A stretch of DNA of 64,000 nucleotides, taken from Paraspadella gotoi (taxonomy: Eukaryota > Animalia > Chaetognatha). A model generated the notes under the pieces. The model saw nothing but the letters and a program-made list of their open reading frames with translations, was not told the DNA's origin and ran no database searches. The position numbers and the translations under genes were made by a program. Of this stretch, positions 35,030-46,900 are shown piece after piece; the first letter of the stretch is position 1; the number at the start of each line of letters is the position of its first letter. The DNA is taken from the NCBI GenBank assembly GCA_051294375.1, contig CM119266.1, positions 2,217,760 to 2,281,759 of the forward strand. The letters are read 5' to 3'.

Positions 35030-38000
35030 AGAGAATCGGGAGATCGATTCGGCGAAAAATCTTCTATGGCGAAAATCTTCCAAAAGAAGGGGTGAATTTT
35101 CCGAAGATTTTTGGGTTAATATTTTCTATATTTAGTCCGGATTTTTTTGAAACTTAATAATTAACAATATTGCCACATTCGTAATTACCTTGGCCGGTAA
35201 TAGAGAATATAATTAAAAAAGCTTCGGGCTTATGTTCGTCAGAGCTTAGTCCTACCTGTAGACGTCGGCCGACAAACAGAAATCGTAGAGAAATTCGTGC
35301 AACTCCGCAGATGAGATCTTCCTCAATTTCGAGTAAGAGTTCGCTGTAAACTTGGTTGTTGTAGTGGAGAAGTTCCTCTCGCTTTGATCTTCTCTTCCTC
35401 CGCCTCCAGGGGATGCCTCTGCCTCGGCATGTTGAGTAGGGGGAAGGGGTGAATAATGAAGAGGGGGAACGTGATGAGGACATGCAGGAGGGAAGGGGTG
35501 ATGAAATACAAAGGAGGAAGGGGTGATAAAAAGATCACGGGGTAAGTGGTGATAAAAGACAGGGGGAAGCGGTGAATAAAAGACAGGGGGAGCGGTGATG
35601 AAAAGACGAGGGGAAACGGGGTGAAAAAAGACAGGGGGAAGGGTGATAAAAGAACAGGGGGAGGGGTGATAAAGAGAGGGGGACAGGGTGATAAAGACGA
35701 AGGGGGAGGGGCTGATAAAAGACGAGCTGATCGGGGACAGGGGTGATAAAAGACAGGGGGAGGATGGGTGATAAAAGAGACAGGAGGAGAGGGGTGAGTA
35801 AAAGAGCAGTGGGGAAGGGTAATAAAGATCAGGGGAAGGGGTTGATTAAAAGACAGGCGGGGGAAGGGGTGAATAAAGAGGACAGGGGGAGGGTTGATAA
35901 AAGACACGGCTAGGTTAGGGGTGATAAAAGACGAGGGGGAGAGGGGTTGATAAAAGAGCAGGGGGAGGGGTGATAAACACAGGGGGGGGAAGGGGTGACT
36001 AAAGACAGGGGGAAAGGGGTGATAAAAGAGAGGGGGAAGTGGTGATAAACGACAGGGGGAAGGGGTTGTAAGAGTGGAGGTGGTAGAATGGGAAATTGGT
36101 TAGGTGGTTATGTGGTGAATGGGGGAAAGAAATATTCAGTTTGGGTGGGTTGGTGTCTCAAGAAAGTAAAGTAAATAAATTACGTAATTACATAGCGAAA
36201 ACTTAAATGATATAAAATGATAAATAATTAAATAAATACATATGAATATAAAGAACTCAATATCCCGAGCTTAATTATCGAGCCATGACGCGTCGAAGCG
36301 GTTTCCAGGCCTTGATTTGTTCGGGTAAGCTTCCTTTGTGACGTCGTTCGTCGTCGTCGTTCGTTCGTCGTCGTCGGTCAGGCGTCACGCTGTATTTTAG
36401 TATAAAAACTACTGCGCTTTTACATAGGTTTGGCTGTGAACTTACCGTTGTTTTTTTAAAATAAATTTATGAAGTTGATGATAAAGTTTTAACAAAAGTG
36501 TGGCGATCATAGTAAGTTTAAAAATTTAGATATGGCTTCTCATACTTGAATAGCTTTGATATTTTCTTATTAACATTTTGATTTAAGTATTTTTTTTCTT
36601 TTTGCCTTTAATTCACTTAAAAAATCAGCATGTAAATCATATTTTAAAACTATTCAACAGTCCACCTGAGCGCTCTGGTTTCCGGAATCTCGTTGTAATC
36701 TCCATTTCCTGAAGTCTTTCGGTAAGAATAGTATATAATATTATTGTTATTTTAATTCATAGAATACATAATTTGAAAGTATATCGAAAACCGTAATAAT
36801 AGTTATTCTTTGTCGAACTTTTCCCCTGAATTTAACGAAATAATAAATTTCCGAATCATCAAATTGGTCCAAACTTTGTCGTCGTCGTCGCGTCGCGTTC
36901 GTTCGAGAAACGCCCGGCATTGATTGAAACACGTTGGCGCCCCTTTTTACGGCGTTGTTTGCTGACGGCGTGGTTTTTTTCGGAACGCCGCCTCGCGAGT
37001 GCGGCCGGCGTCTCGTCGGTGGGCGCAGGCGACGGAACGAAAGGAATTCTAACGGATTGAGTTATATTTTACTCAAGAATAAAAGAGGAAATCAGGAGAA
37101 CTTGTAGCGGCCTGTTTATGAGCTGTTATCCCTGTCAGCGCCTGTCGCGACCGGTAAAGGCCTTCTTGGCCGCGCACAAATTTTCCTACCGTTGCGCTAA
37201 AACGCATCACCGATATGCCGCATTACCAAACGTTTTTTAAATTCAGAAATTGCTAAGAACCGAATGACCTGGCCTTTTCTGATGGTTAATCTCTTTTGCT
37301 CTCTTGCTTTTAAATCACCTAAGCTCATGATCATTTGCTTCTAATCCATCGATTTAATACTCGTTTCCTTTAATCACCTAATCTCCTGATCCTTTTCCTT
37401 TTTTTTTAATCATTCGATTCTTCTGTCAGAATCACTTCGTTTTTTCTGTGTCATCCGCGATTACTTTTTTCCGCGGGCGAATTCTTTAAAACTCTTTCTA
37501 AGCGATTATTTTAAACTCAGTTAAATTTCAGTAATTGTTTTTTTTTCTTTTAAAATTAATTGTCGTTGGTGTTTTTATGAGATCAAAAGGCGAATTAGTG
37601 TTAGATTTAAAGAAATGAATGTTTTGTAATGAGTTTATTTTGTTAGTTTTAACAAGAATATTTCAATCGAATACAAAATAGTGCTTAAATTTAAGAGGCT
37701 TTATAAATTATGACATAATTGAATTAAAATTTATTTTAACTAAATTAAATTGATTAAAATGAATCCGTTCTCGCCTCAATCCGCATCCTTAGCCATCTCC
37801 AACCACCATTCCCAGCACCCCATCCTACCGCCCCCACCCCAATCTTAAACCACCATTCCACCACCCTCGTCCTACTGACACCGCGATCCCTCACAAAAGA
37901 GGACGCCCAAACGGTGGGGGTAGAACTGGGGGGTTAGACGACGTTGTGCGCCGCAGAAGAAAATTTTTGCGCCGCGTCGGATTGCTTTCGACGCCGAAGC

Positions 38001-39513
38001 GTTATATAGGAGCTGGACGCCGGTGTGTCGAAGAGCGTCAAAAGTTGGGTGGAATGATAAGAGAGGGTAATAAGTGAAGCGAATAAGTTAAAGTGGGTCA
38101 CTGTGCACTTGACGATGAAGGTCCGATGGGGAGTCCGTTGGAGGGTCGCGAATGGCGGGTCCGTAGGGCGAACAAAGAGATAACGAGTAACGGCCGGCTC
38201 TCAGGGCGCCGTGAAACCTTGGGGACTCCCCCGTTTCTGGCGGCGACGCCCACATTTCGGCGTCTTTTTTTAGTCCCCAGCGGCGTCGACGTCTTCAGCG
38301 CCACATCAATTCGCCATATTCCGAGCAACTGGGAGGAAAACGGGATCGTAACGAGCGGCCATTGCCCCTTGTTGTTTGTTTTTGTTGTTGTTTCGTTGTT
38401 GTTGTGTTTGTTGTTGTTGTTTGTAATTGTTTTTGCTGTTGTTGTAGTCTTAGAGTTGCCGTCGTTGTTGTTTTCCCCGCGTTTTTGATGAATTTGTTTC
38501 GGCTGTTGTTGTTGTTTTTGTTTGTTTTTTTTTTTTGCTCATGTTTTTTTAAATGTTTATTTTTCGTGTCGCTTTTTTGTTTATTTTGTTCTTGTTTAGT
38601 TATTAGTTTTTTTTGTATTAAACTAGCTAACAAGCTCATCCTAAATTGTTGTCTGAAGGTTGAAATTTTTTTAATAAATGCAAAAAAAAAATGTAATGCA
38701 TCTTTTATTAAAGCCATGATTCAGGGATTTCATGTAGGAAAGAGTTTGTAAGTACAATATACATAATACTTTCGACTAATTTTTTTTAAACTTCAAAAAA
38801 TTGATTGGTAGGTTATTACAAGTTTAGCAATTTTTGATTGATTACTTAATGGTAAGGTAGGCAGCTTACAGCCCAAATTCTTGCTTTATAATTCACTTAG
38901 TCGGTACCGTCGGTCCGCCCCCCCCAATTTTTTTCGGTAAGTTACTTATATTATGTCAGAACATCGAAAATACAAATAATATAAACCTAAAACGACTAAA
39001 ATCACTATGTAAAAATTGAACTGAGAGGGCAAGAAAGAGTAAAAAGGATATAAATTGAGATGCGAGATAAGAAATTGGAATTGTTTTTAAAGGATGTAAG
39101 TTTTGAATTTCATAACCTGGAGAATGCCGGAAGAAAAACAATCGTAAACATTTTCATGAAATGAAGAAAGGAACTATCGAGGTTCAAATGGGGATCAGGC
39201 CAAAGAAAAAAAGGGATGATGATCGCCATGCAGTGGACGAAATGGAGACCATTGTTGAGGATCGCACGGAACCACCCGACCCCCAATCTCCACTTTTACC
39301 CACTTATCCCCCACCACTCCTCGCTTCCTCCCCTTTCCTGCCGCGCGATCATGGGCCGATTCTGGAAGCGCTTCCCGCCCTTTCGGCCAATTTAGCCCAA
39401 AAATGGTAAAATGCGATAGCGATAGACGAAACGCATTCGTTCAACATGAGGTTTCGGGTTAATCTCAACCATTTTTTTATGAGAGAGAGAGAGAGAGAGA
39501 CGAGAGAGAGAGA

Positions 39514-39561
<48 letters not shown>

Positions 39562-41229
39562 TAGAGAGTGAGAGAGACAATGTTAACATACCCTCTAAAG
39601 ATAAATATTTTTAATGTTTATGATAATTAAAAAAAAGAATTGAATCAAACCGTAATAGAGTAAAATATAACATTTTAAATCGAAATCTTTAAGTAGTGAA
39701 ACGAGCAATTTTATTGTAAAGATGTAAAAATGTATTTCAGTTTGTAAAGTATTTATACAATAAAATTTCGTTTTTGTATAGAATTAAGGCGTTTTTAATG
39801 CTAATTTTCGTCTACTTTATACGTACCCACCCCTCTTATTGTTTGGCGCCTTTAACTTTTTGCCGTTCTCTTCGCAGCTAGTCGCGCGCAGCATCCGGCG
39901 ACGATTTTAATTACTGCGCTGCGGCGACGAACGGGCGACTTTGAACGAACGACGACGACGACGACGACGACGACGAACGACGAGCGATAAAAACGCGAAG
40001 AGAATTTTGAATGCTTTGAAACAAAAGGGAAAAAACTGAAATAGTCAAAGGAAATAAATTCGGTTCTTCTGTTTTCTGACACTAAAGGAGAAAGGGAGGA
40101 AGAAAAAAGGAAAGGAAATAAAGAAAGAAAAGAAAGAAGAAAAGAAGAAAGAAAGAAAGAAAAGAAAGAAAGAAAGAAAGAAAAGAAAGAGAAAAAAAGA
40201 AAGATAATGAGACATATGCGAAGAAAGTAAAAGTAAAAGACGAGGAAAAAGGAAAGGAAAAAGATCCGGAGGAGGAAAAGGGAGGATGGGACCCCGGATC
40301 GGACCGATTGCAAAGTTACAAGTGAATTTTCTGTTGATAATTATTTCTTTTTTCTGCCACTTGACCGACTTGCTCTTTTTCTCGCCCTCGTCTTTTTTCT
40401 CCAATTCGCCGGCCGCTCTTCTCTCTTCTTACTTCCCTTCTCTTCTTTCTTCTTCTTTCTTTGGTCTTTCTTCTTCTTCTTCTCATCCTCCTCCTCGCTC
40501 CTCCTCCTCCTCCTTCCTCTTTTCCACCTTCCCGTTCCTTTCTTTCTGCTTCTCTCTCAACTACATTTATTTTATTTAATTTATTTATCCCATCTATTAT
40601 TTATTTATTTATCACCTCATATTTAACGTTTTTATTTTTTGTTATACCTTTATTATTTTTATTCTTTATCCCGCAAAAAATGAAGGAAATACTTTTATAT
40701 CTTTATAATTATTTTTTTTTTATATTCAACAAACACTCCGGTTCTTCATATCATCTTCTCTTTTTTTCCTTTCTTTTTTCGCTATCCTTTCACAATCCTT
40801 TACTTTATTCTTACTCTTATTCCTCCTGCTTTTTATCCTTTTTCCTTTCTGCCTTTCCCTCCCTTCCATTTTTTCCCCATCTTATACTTCTCCTTTCACT
40901 TTCACTCTTCCACCCTTTTCCTTCTCCCGTTTCCTTCTCTCGCTGACTATTCCCCATTTTTTTTCTCGCTCTTTTCCCCCTTCTTCGCTTCGCCTTTTCT
41001 TTCCTCTCCTTTTCCCTCTTCTCCTTCTTCCTTATTCGCTGGTCCGGCCATCTCTCGGCCTCTCTGACCATATGGAACGCTTAGCTTTGATGTAAAATCC
41101 TGGCCCTACCAAACATACAGACTATATTTTAGGCTTTGGCGGATCATATATTGCACATTTCAAAATAACGTCGCCGCTCCGTTCCGCGTCTCTCCTCTGC
41201 TCATCTCTCTTCTTCTCTGCTCTCTCTAC

Positions 41230-41278
<49 letters not shown>

Positions 41279-42204
41279 GTGGTTACTTAAACGCAACTCT
41301 CTTGCCTTTTCTCCCCTCCCCCTTTCGGTTTTGTTATAAAATGTCCTCTCGTTAATTGTACGATGCGAGACGAATGTTACTTACATTTTTTTATTATAGT
41401 AAAATATGATTCGAATTAAAGCCTCTCTCTGAAACGCTTGTAAGCGCTTTTACTCTCCTAGAAGCCTACAGCCACTCTGCATTTGCGCCCAAGAGTGCGA
41501 AAACGGTCTCAACCCATTCCTTACCCGAACCACCCTCGCGATCCGGCGTCTCGACCCTAAGGGGGCGGCGAGGACAAGAACTTACTTTATTTTCTGTAGC
41601 CCAGCCCTTTTCCATGTGCCTTTACCATGCTTCAAATGAACTGCTGGCCCCCCTCTCGCCTCGTAAGGCCTTCACCGACCCCGATGGAACCTCCTCGTAA
41701 TTGAAAACGACGCCCTGAGGTCGGCCGGAGCGGAGACCGAGCCGGGCCGGAGCCGGGTCGGCCCGGGGTCCAACTAAATCCACCCACAGAGGACTACAAT
41801 TCAATCAAAGGCCGTTATGGGAGAAGGCGGGAGGTAGCGAGGAGACGACGACGACGATGACGACACGACGACGAGTGTTTTAAAGTTAAAATGTAATGCA
41901 GCAGATGTATGCCAACAATGTATGTGTTAAAATCGCGTTGATTGTAGAAAGAGAAAGCAGAGAAGGCAAAAAAATAAACATAAAACAATAGAAAAAATCG
42001 AAATAGTTATTGACGAAAGCAAAAATAGAAAGTATTGTATAACGTTTAAATGAAATATTCTGTGTACTGACTATTATTTTCATTAACGTCTGGTAAGTAA
42101 ATTCCTATTTGTGCAGCTGAGAAAACAGGGCGACGCGCGGTCTCTTTTGAGGCAAGAGCTGTAAAATCAACGATTGACTTCCAGACTCTGACCTGGAAAG
42201 GAGA

Positions 42205-42258
<54 letters not shown>

Positions 42259-43014
42259 GAAGAAGAGGAGAGAGAGAGAGAGTTTATTTTTGGGGAGAAT
42301 CGAAAATAAAGCGCGGACTTGACTCGGCGCAACTCTGCTAATGTTCTGCCTAATCACGTCGAGTCTTTGAGGCGGGGCCGATCCGGGTACGGGTGTCCTT
42401 TTTTTTTCCCCCCCCAAAAGTGGGAGAAGGGGTGTGGGAGGTGGAGAGAGAGGGGTGGAGGTGTTGGGAAATGGGAGAGAAAGTCGTGGGAGGGAGTGTG
42501 GGGAAAAATAAAAGGGAAGAAGGAGGAAGCCGATATCTGGTCTGAACAACAGGCGATGCGGGAGAAAAATGGCAATGGAGAGACGAACGACTGTGACTAT
42601 GCAAGTTTTTGTAGTTGAGGTGATTTTTTTTTATGAAATCACATAATTTTTTGGCTTTACCCGTTATTCGTCCCTTTATTCTTTTGCCTTAAAAGCAGTT
42701 TCCATTTTCAAGCTGCGTTAATCTCTGCCTCTCCCCTTCCATTTCTCTCTGTTCTCTGAGTTTCTCTCGTCTTTTCTCCCCTTCCTTATCTTCTTTTTGT
42801 CAAAATAGTTTTGATTTGCTTCACGTGCTTTCCATTCAAATTACCAGTTTCCGATAGCCAGAAACGTTATAGTTACTTCAAGTTTTCTGGTCTTTAAAAC
42901 ATCTTTCAAGATTGATTTTATAACAGGACGTTCCTTTCATGCAGCCTAGCGATTTTTGGCCTATTTCACATTTTCGGTTTTTTTAAATATGACTTTTTGA
43001 GAGAGAGAGAGAGA

Positions 43015-43045
<31 letters not shown>

Positions 43046-43131
43046 GAGAGGAGAGGAGAGAGGAGGGAAGAAAAAAGCCAACAAAGCTGTGAGACAGGAC
43101 AGTGGTGAAATGTGAGGACAGGTTTTAAGTT

Positions 43132-43202
<71 letters not shown>

Positions 43203-43310
43203 GGAGCGAGAGAGAGAGTGAGGGAAGGAAAGCCAACAAAGCTGGTGAGACAGGACAGTGGTTGAATGTGAGGACAGGTTTAAGTTGAGAGAGAGAGAGA
43301 GAGGAGAGAG

Positions 43311-43357
<47 letters not shown>

Positions 43358-43580
43358 AGTCGGTCGCGGTAGAGACCAGCAGAAAGAGACCGCAAGTGTA
43401 ACTCGAATATCTCTATATGTAAAATGCGGCTGATGAAGGCTTGTGTGGCGAATCCTAAATTCGTTTCTCGTATAGCTTGGTGATAACTCGCTCGTTTCCG
43501 CATTGGCTTGGAACCAGCTCAGTATCGTTGCACCAATCGTGAGTTCCGGGTTTCAATCCCTCACGGTCACGCTGGTTAGA
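35030..43580. other. Indel-rich second copy of ~26630-35028 (probable long-read gap-fill duplication)
   Basis: Colinear matches throughout (e.g. 26651/35055, 28200/36665, 29540/38098, 32760/41510, 34880/43430), differing mostly by 1-nt indels. Confidence 0.85.
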
Positions 43581-43771
43581 GTGTGATAGTGTTGGCATAA
43601 GCACGCCTGTGACATGGGGTGGTCACTGGCAGGTCCAAAGCCTGAGCGCCCAGCTGTCGGGAGAATGCTCACACCCAGCCCCCGGCGTCATACATTCCCC
43701 ACTCCGTTGCCATACTATTGCAGAAAAGCCGAGNNNNNNNNNNNNNNNNNNNNNNNNNGCCGAAACATGTC
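43430..43771 (+). ncRNA. Hammerhead motif interrupted in loop II by a 271-bp element
   Basis: CTGATGA AGGCTTG (43430-43443), insertion, then TTGCAGAAAAGCCGA, N gap, GCC GAAAC ATGT C (43759-43771). Compare the intact motif at 34396-34429. Confidence 0.55.
43444..43714 (+). mobile_element. 271-bp solo-LTR-like element (5' part also at 34896-35028)
   Basis: TGTGGCGA...TTGCCATA ends; internal CCGGGTT(T)CAATCC; hairpin GCCTGTGAC-N8-GTCACTGGC followed by AGGTCCAAAGCC. Confidence 0.6.
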
Positions 43772-43939
43772 CTTGTTATAATAAAAATCAAATCGTTGAT
43801 GAAAAGACTTTGTCTTCATTTTCAATATTTTTACTAAATAATTGTACTGGATTTTTTGTTAACTGTACAAAACTACGAATAATTCTACTATATTGACGGA
43901 AACTGTGCCTTTCTTTTTTTTCTACATGAGAAATGAGAA

Positions 43940-46900
43940 ATGATAAAACTGAAATTTGGAAAAGTAAGTACTTATCGCAATATATATATTTTTAATTCAT
44001 TCATATAATTTGATTTAACCTTAGTAAATAGCCATGCATACATTTGTTTAGCATTACTCTGATCGAGAGAAATTTTTACTCTCTGTGACCCAAAACTATC
44101 TGGAGGGGGTGCGGTTAGGCATCCAGCAGTGTCCCGATTGGATTCATGAGGGTAATCACGAAAATCCTGACAAAACGCCGCTAATTTTAGCCGCAAAATA
44201 TGGCGCCGTTGAAGCGTTGAAAGAATTGCTGGCAAACGGAGCCGAGGGAAACGCTGTGTACCATAACGGGTACGAAGAGACGGCCCTTTGGTGGGCTATA
44301 AGGAGCAGGTCTCCAGAACCTATCCTAAAGTTGCTGTTGGAGGACAAGAAAGCAAAGAGCTCCATAAACAAAAAGTGCGGATTCGATAAGACGACGGCAC
44401 TGATGGAAGCAGTGATTTATGAGAAGCCCGAATGTGCACAGATGTTGTTAGATTATGGAGCCAAAGGAGTCATAAAAGACAAAGAGGGAAAGACGATATT
44501 GTGGTGGCTAAGCTCGAGGCACGGTATGGATTCCTTGTTCAAGCAACTCTTACGAGACGAAAGGGTAAGGAAGCAAATGGACAATCAATGCAGTGGAGGC
44601 AAAACAACGGCACTGATGAAAGCCGCCCAAGGTGGAAATACGAACTATGTCATGGAGTTGTTGACTAATGGAGCCAAGGGAGATGTGGAGGACAAGCACG
44701 GTAGAACTGCCTTGTGGTGGGCAATGGGAGGGTATGGAATGAAAGAAACTTTGGAATATCTGTTGCAGGACGAAGGTTTGAAAAGAAAGATTGATAAGAA
44801 ATGCTGCATCGACGGGACAACATCTTTGTTTGAAGGAGTACGCAAAAGAAAGGCAGAATGTGTTAGAGTGCTGCTATCTCATGGAGCAAGTTATGAAGAG
44901 GTAGACAAAGAGGGGAGGTCTCTGTTTTATTATCTACCCATGGATGACGCACCTATGTGTAAGATTTTCGCCGAAATTTTCCCTAGTATTCTTAAAATGG
45001 CGTCTGATACAACAATACAGTTTTTTAAATTACTTCAGAAAGTAGTAGAACACCGCTGGGAGAAAGAATCAAATGAAATGATCGATTATATGATTAAAAA
45101 AGATCCATTGGTAACCGACCAAAATCAAAACACTTTAATGCATTATGCTGCTGATATCGGCAATCTGCAATTGATTAAGATTTTGCTTGAAAAACGTGTG
45201 GATGTAAATGCTGCAAATAAGTCAGGGGATACGGTTTTACACGTTTCATGTCGTCGACAACATTTGGAATTGATTCAATTTTTCTCAGCACAACCTGAAT
45301 TAAAAGGTATCAAAAATAATTTATGTAAAACCGCCTTTGATATTTTAAGAGAAAATGGCAGTCAAGAATCACTCAGTGCATACTTTGAAAACCAAAGCTC
45401 TTTTATCACCATTGAAGTGGATGAACAAAAAAGGATAGATTCCAAAAAAGCACCTTATCCAAGTGTATACGAAGGTTACATCAAACTGCGGGGAAAAGAA
45501 CGTTTAAAAGTCGCGGTGAAGCGATTGTTAGCTTCTAACACTGAGCAGTTAAAGCAAATGGAAAGTGAATGTGACGTAATGTTAAAAGCAAAACATATAA
45601 AAAACGTTTTAACTCCTTATGTGACAGAAATACAAAAATTAGAATATAGAATGGCAATGCCATTAGGTGTAATGACTCTTGAACATTACATTTGTTGGTC
45701 CTCGGGTAATTATGAATTACCTAAAACAGTTTCAGTTGAAAAAATACCTCCACTCGCGCACATTATAAAACAACTAGTGGGCGCATTGAAGGATCTTCAT
45801 GATATAAGTATAACACACCGTGATATAAAAAGCTCAAACGTGATTTTTCTTGAAGAAGGAAATCGTTATGTTTTAAAGGTCATTTTATAACCTAAGTCCT
45901 AACTTAATTTTCCCCAGAATGTAGTCTTTAAAAAATATTTTTATCAGGTGATGGATTTTGGAATCGCCAAAATAAATCCGAGTAATAATGATCTTACGAT
46001 GACCCTAACAGAAGGCCTTGGTACTATGATTTTCTCTGCACCAGAGATTTTGCTGAAGAAAAAAAAGGTAATTTTTAAAATAGTTTTTCAATATTCTTTG
46101 ATTAATAACTATTAACTTTTTATTATTAACTTGGAAAAGACAAAACAATTAATTATAAGTTAGAGGCAGTCCCTGAAGTTTTTAGACCAGGTTGTAACAC
46201 AAAACTACAGGCGGGTTAGGCGCCCTGTCCCTATTAACTGCTAGGCTGCCCAATAGCGCGGAGTATAAATACATTCCTTGAATTTGGTCATCTTGTGTCC
46301 CCCTTAATATTTTGATTTATATATTTTTTAATAGAATTATAACATTTTCGGTGGTTTTAGTCGCTAACCGCTTCCGTCGAGGACAAAAAGGTAACATGTG
46401 TTCGTCGGCTTCTTGAAAAAATTTCGAGCCGTCCAAGAATTCTCCCAGTTTGTCGTCTGCTCAAATCCGCAAACTCGAGCGCGACCTCTATTGGTCCGAA
46501 TTATGAGATCCCAGCTTTCTATTGGAGCAGTGAAATGTACTTCATCCGACGTAAAAGAGCGAGATTCTTAAAGCGGAGAATTTTTTTATGCGAATAATTA
46601 CGGAAAAACCTTTTATTTATTTGTAGCTTTTAAGTAATTAGATAGTATTTAAAGCACAACACAATGCAAAAGCAAAAAAACACCCCAAGACTGTATATTA
46701 ATCCAAGTCATAGGGTCATCTAAGGCCTTTACCCAAACGCCGATCTGCCCTTGCTTCGCGACGTGCTAAAGCTTGTCTTTTCAAGCAGGTTTGTACGAAA
46801 TGTTAATTCCGATTGCTAAGGCTTTTTTATAAACTAGTTATAATTTTCTTGCCTTTCAAATTATTTTAAAATACATCTTATTAAAGAGTATTAAGCAACT

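Noticed and set aside
35257-37050. Paralog or pseudogene of the minus-strand gene
   Set aside because: Lies in the indel-rich duplicate; more likely the same locus represented twice.
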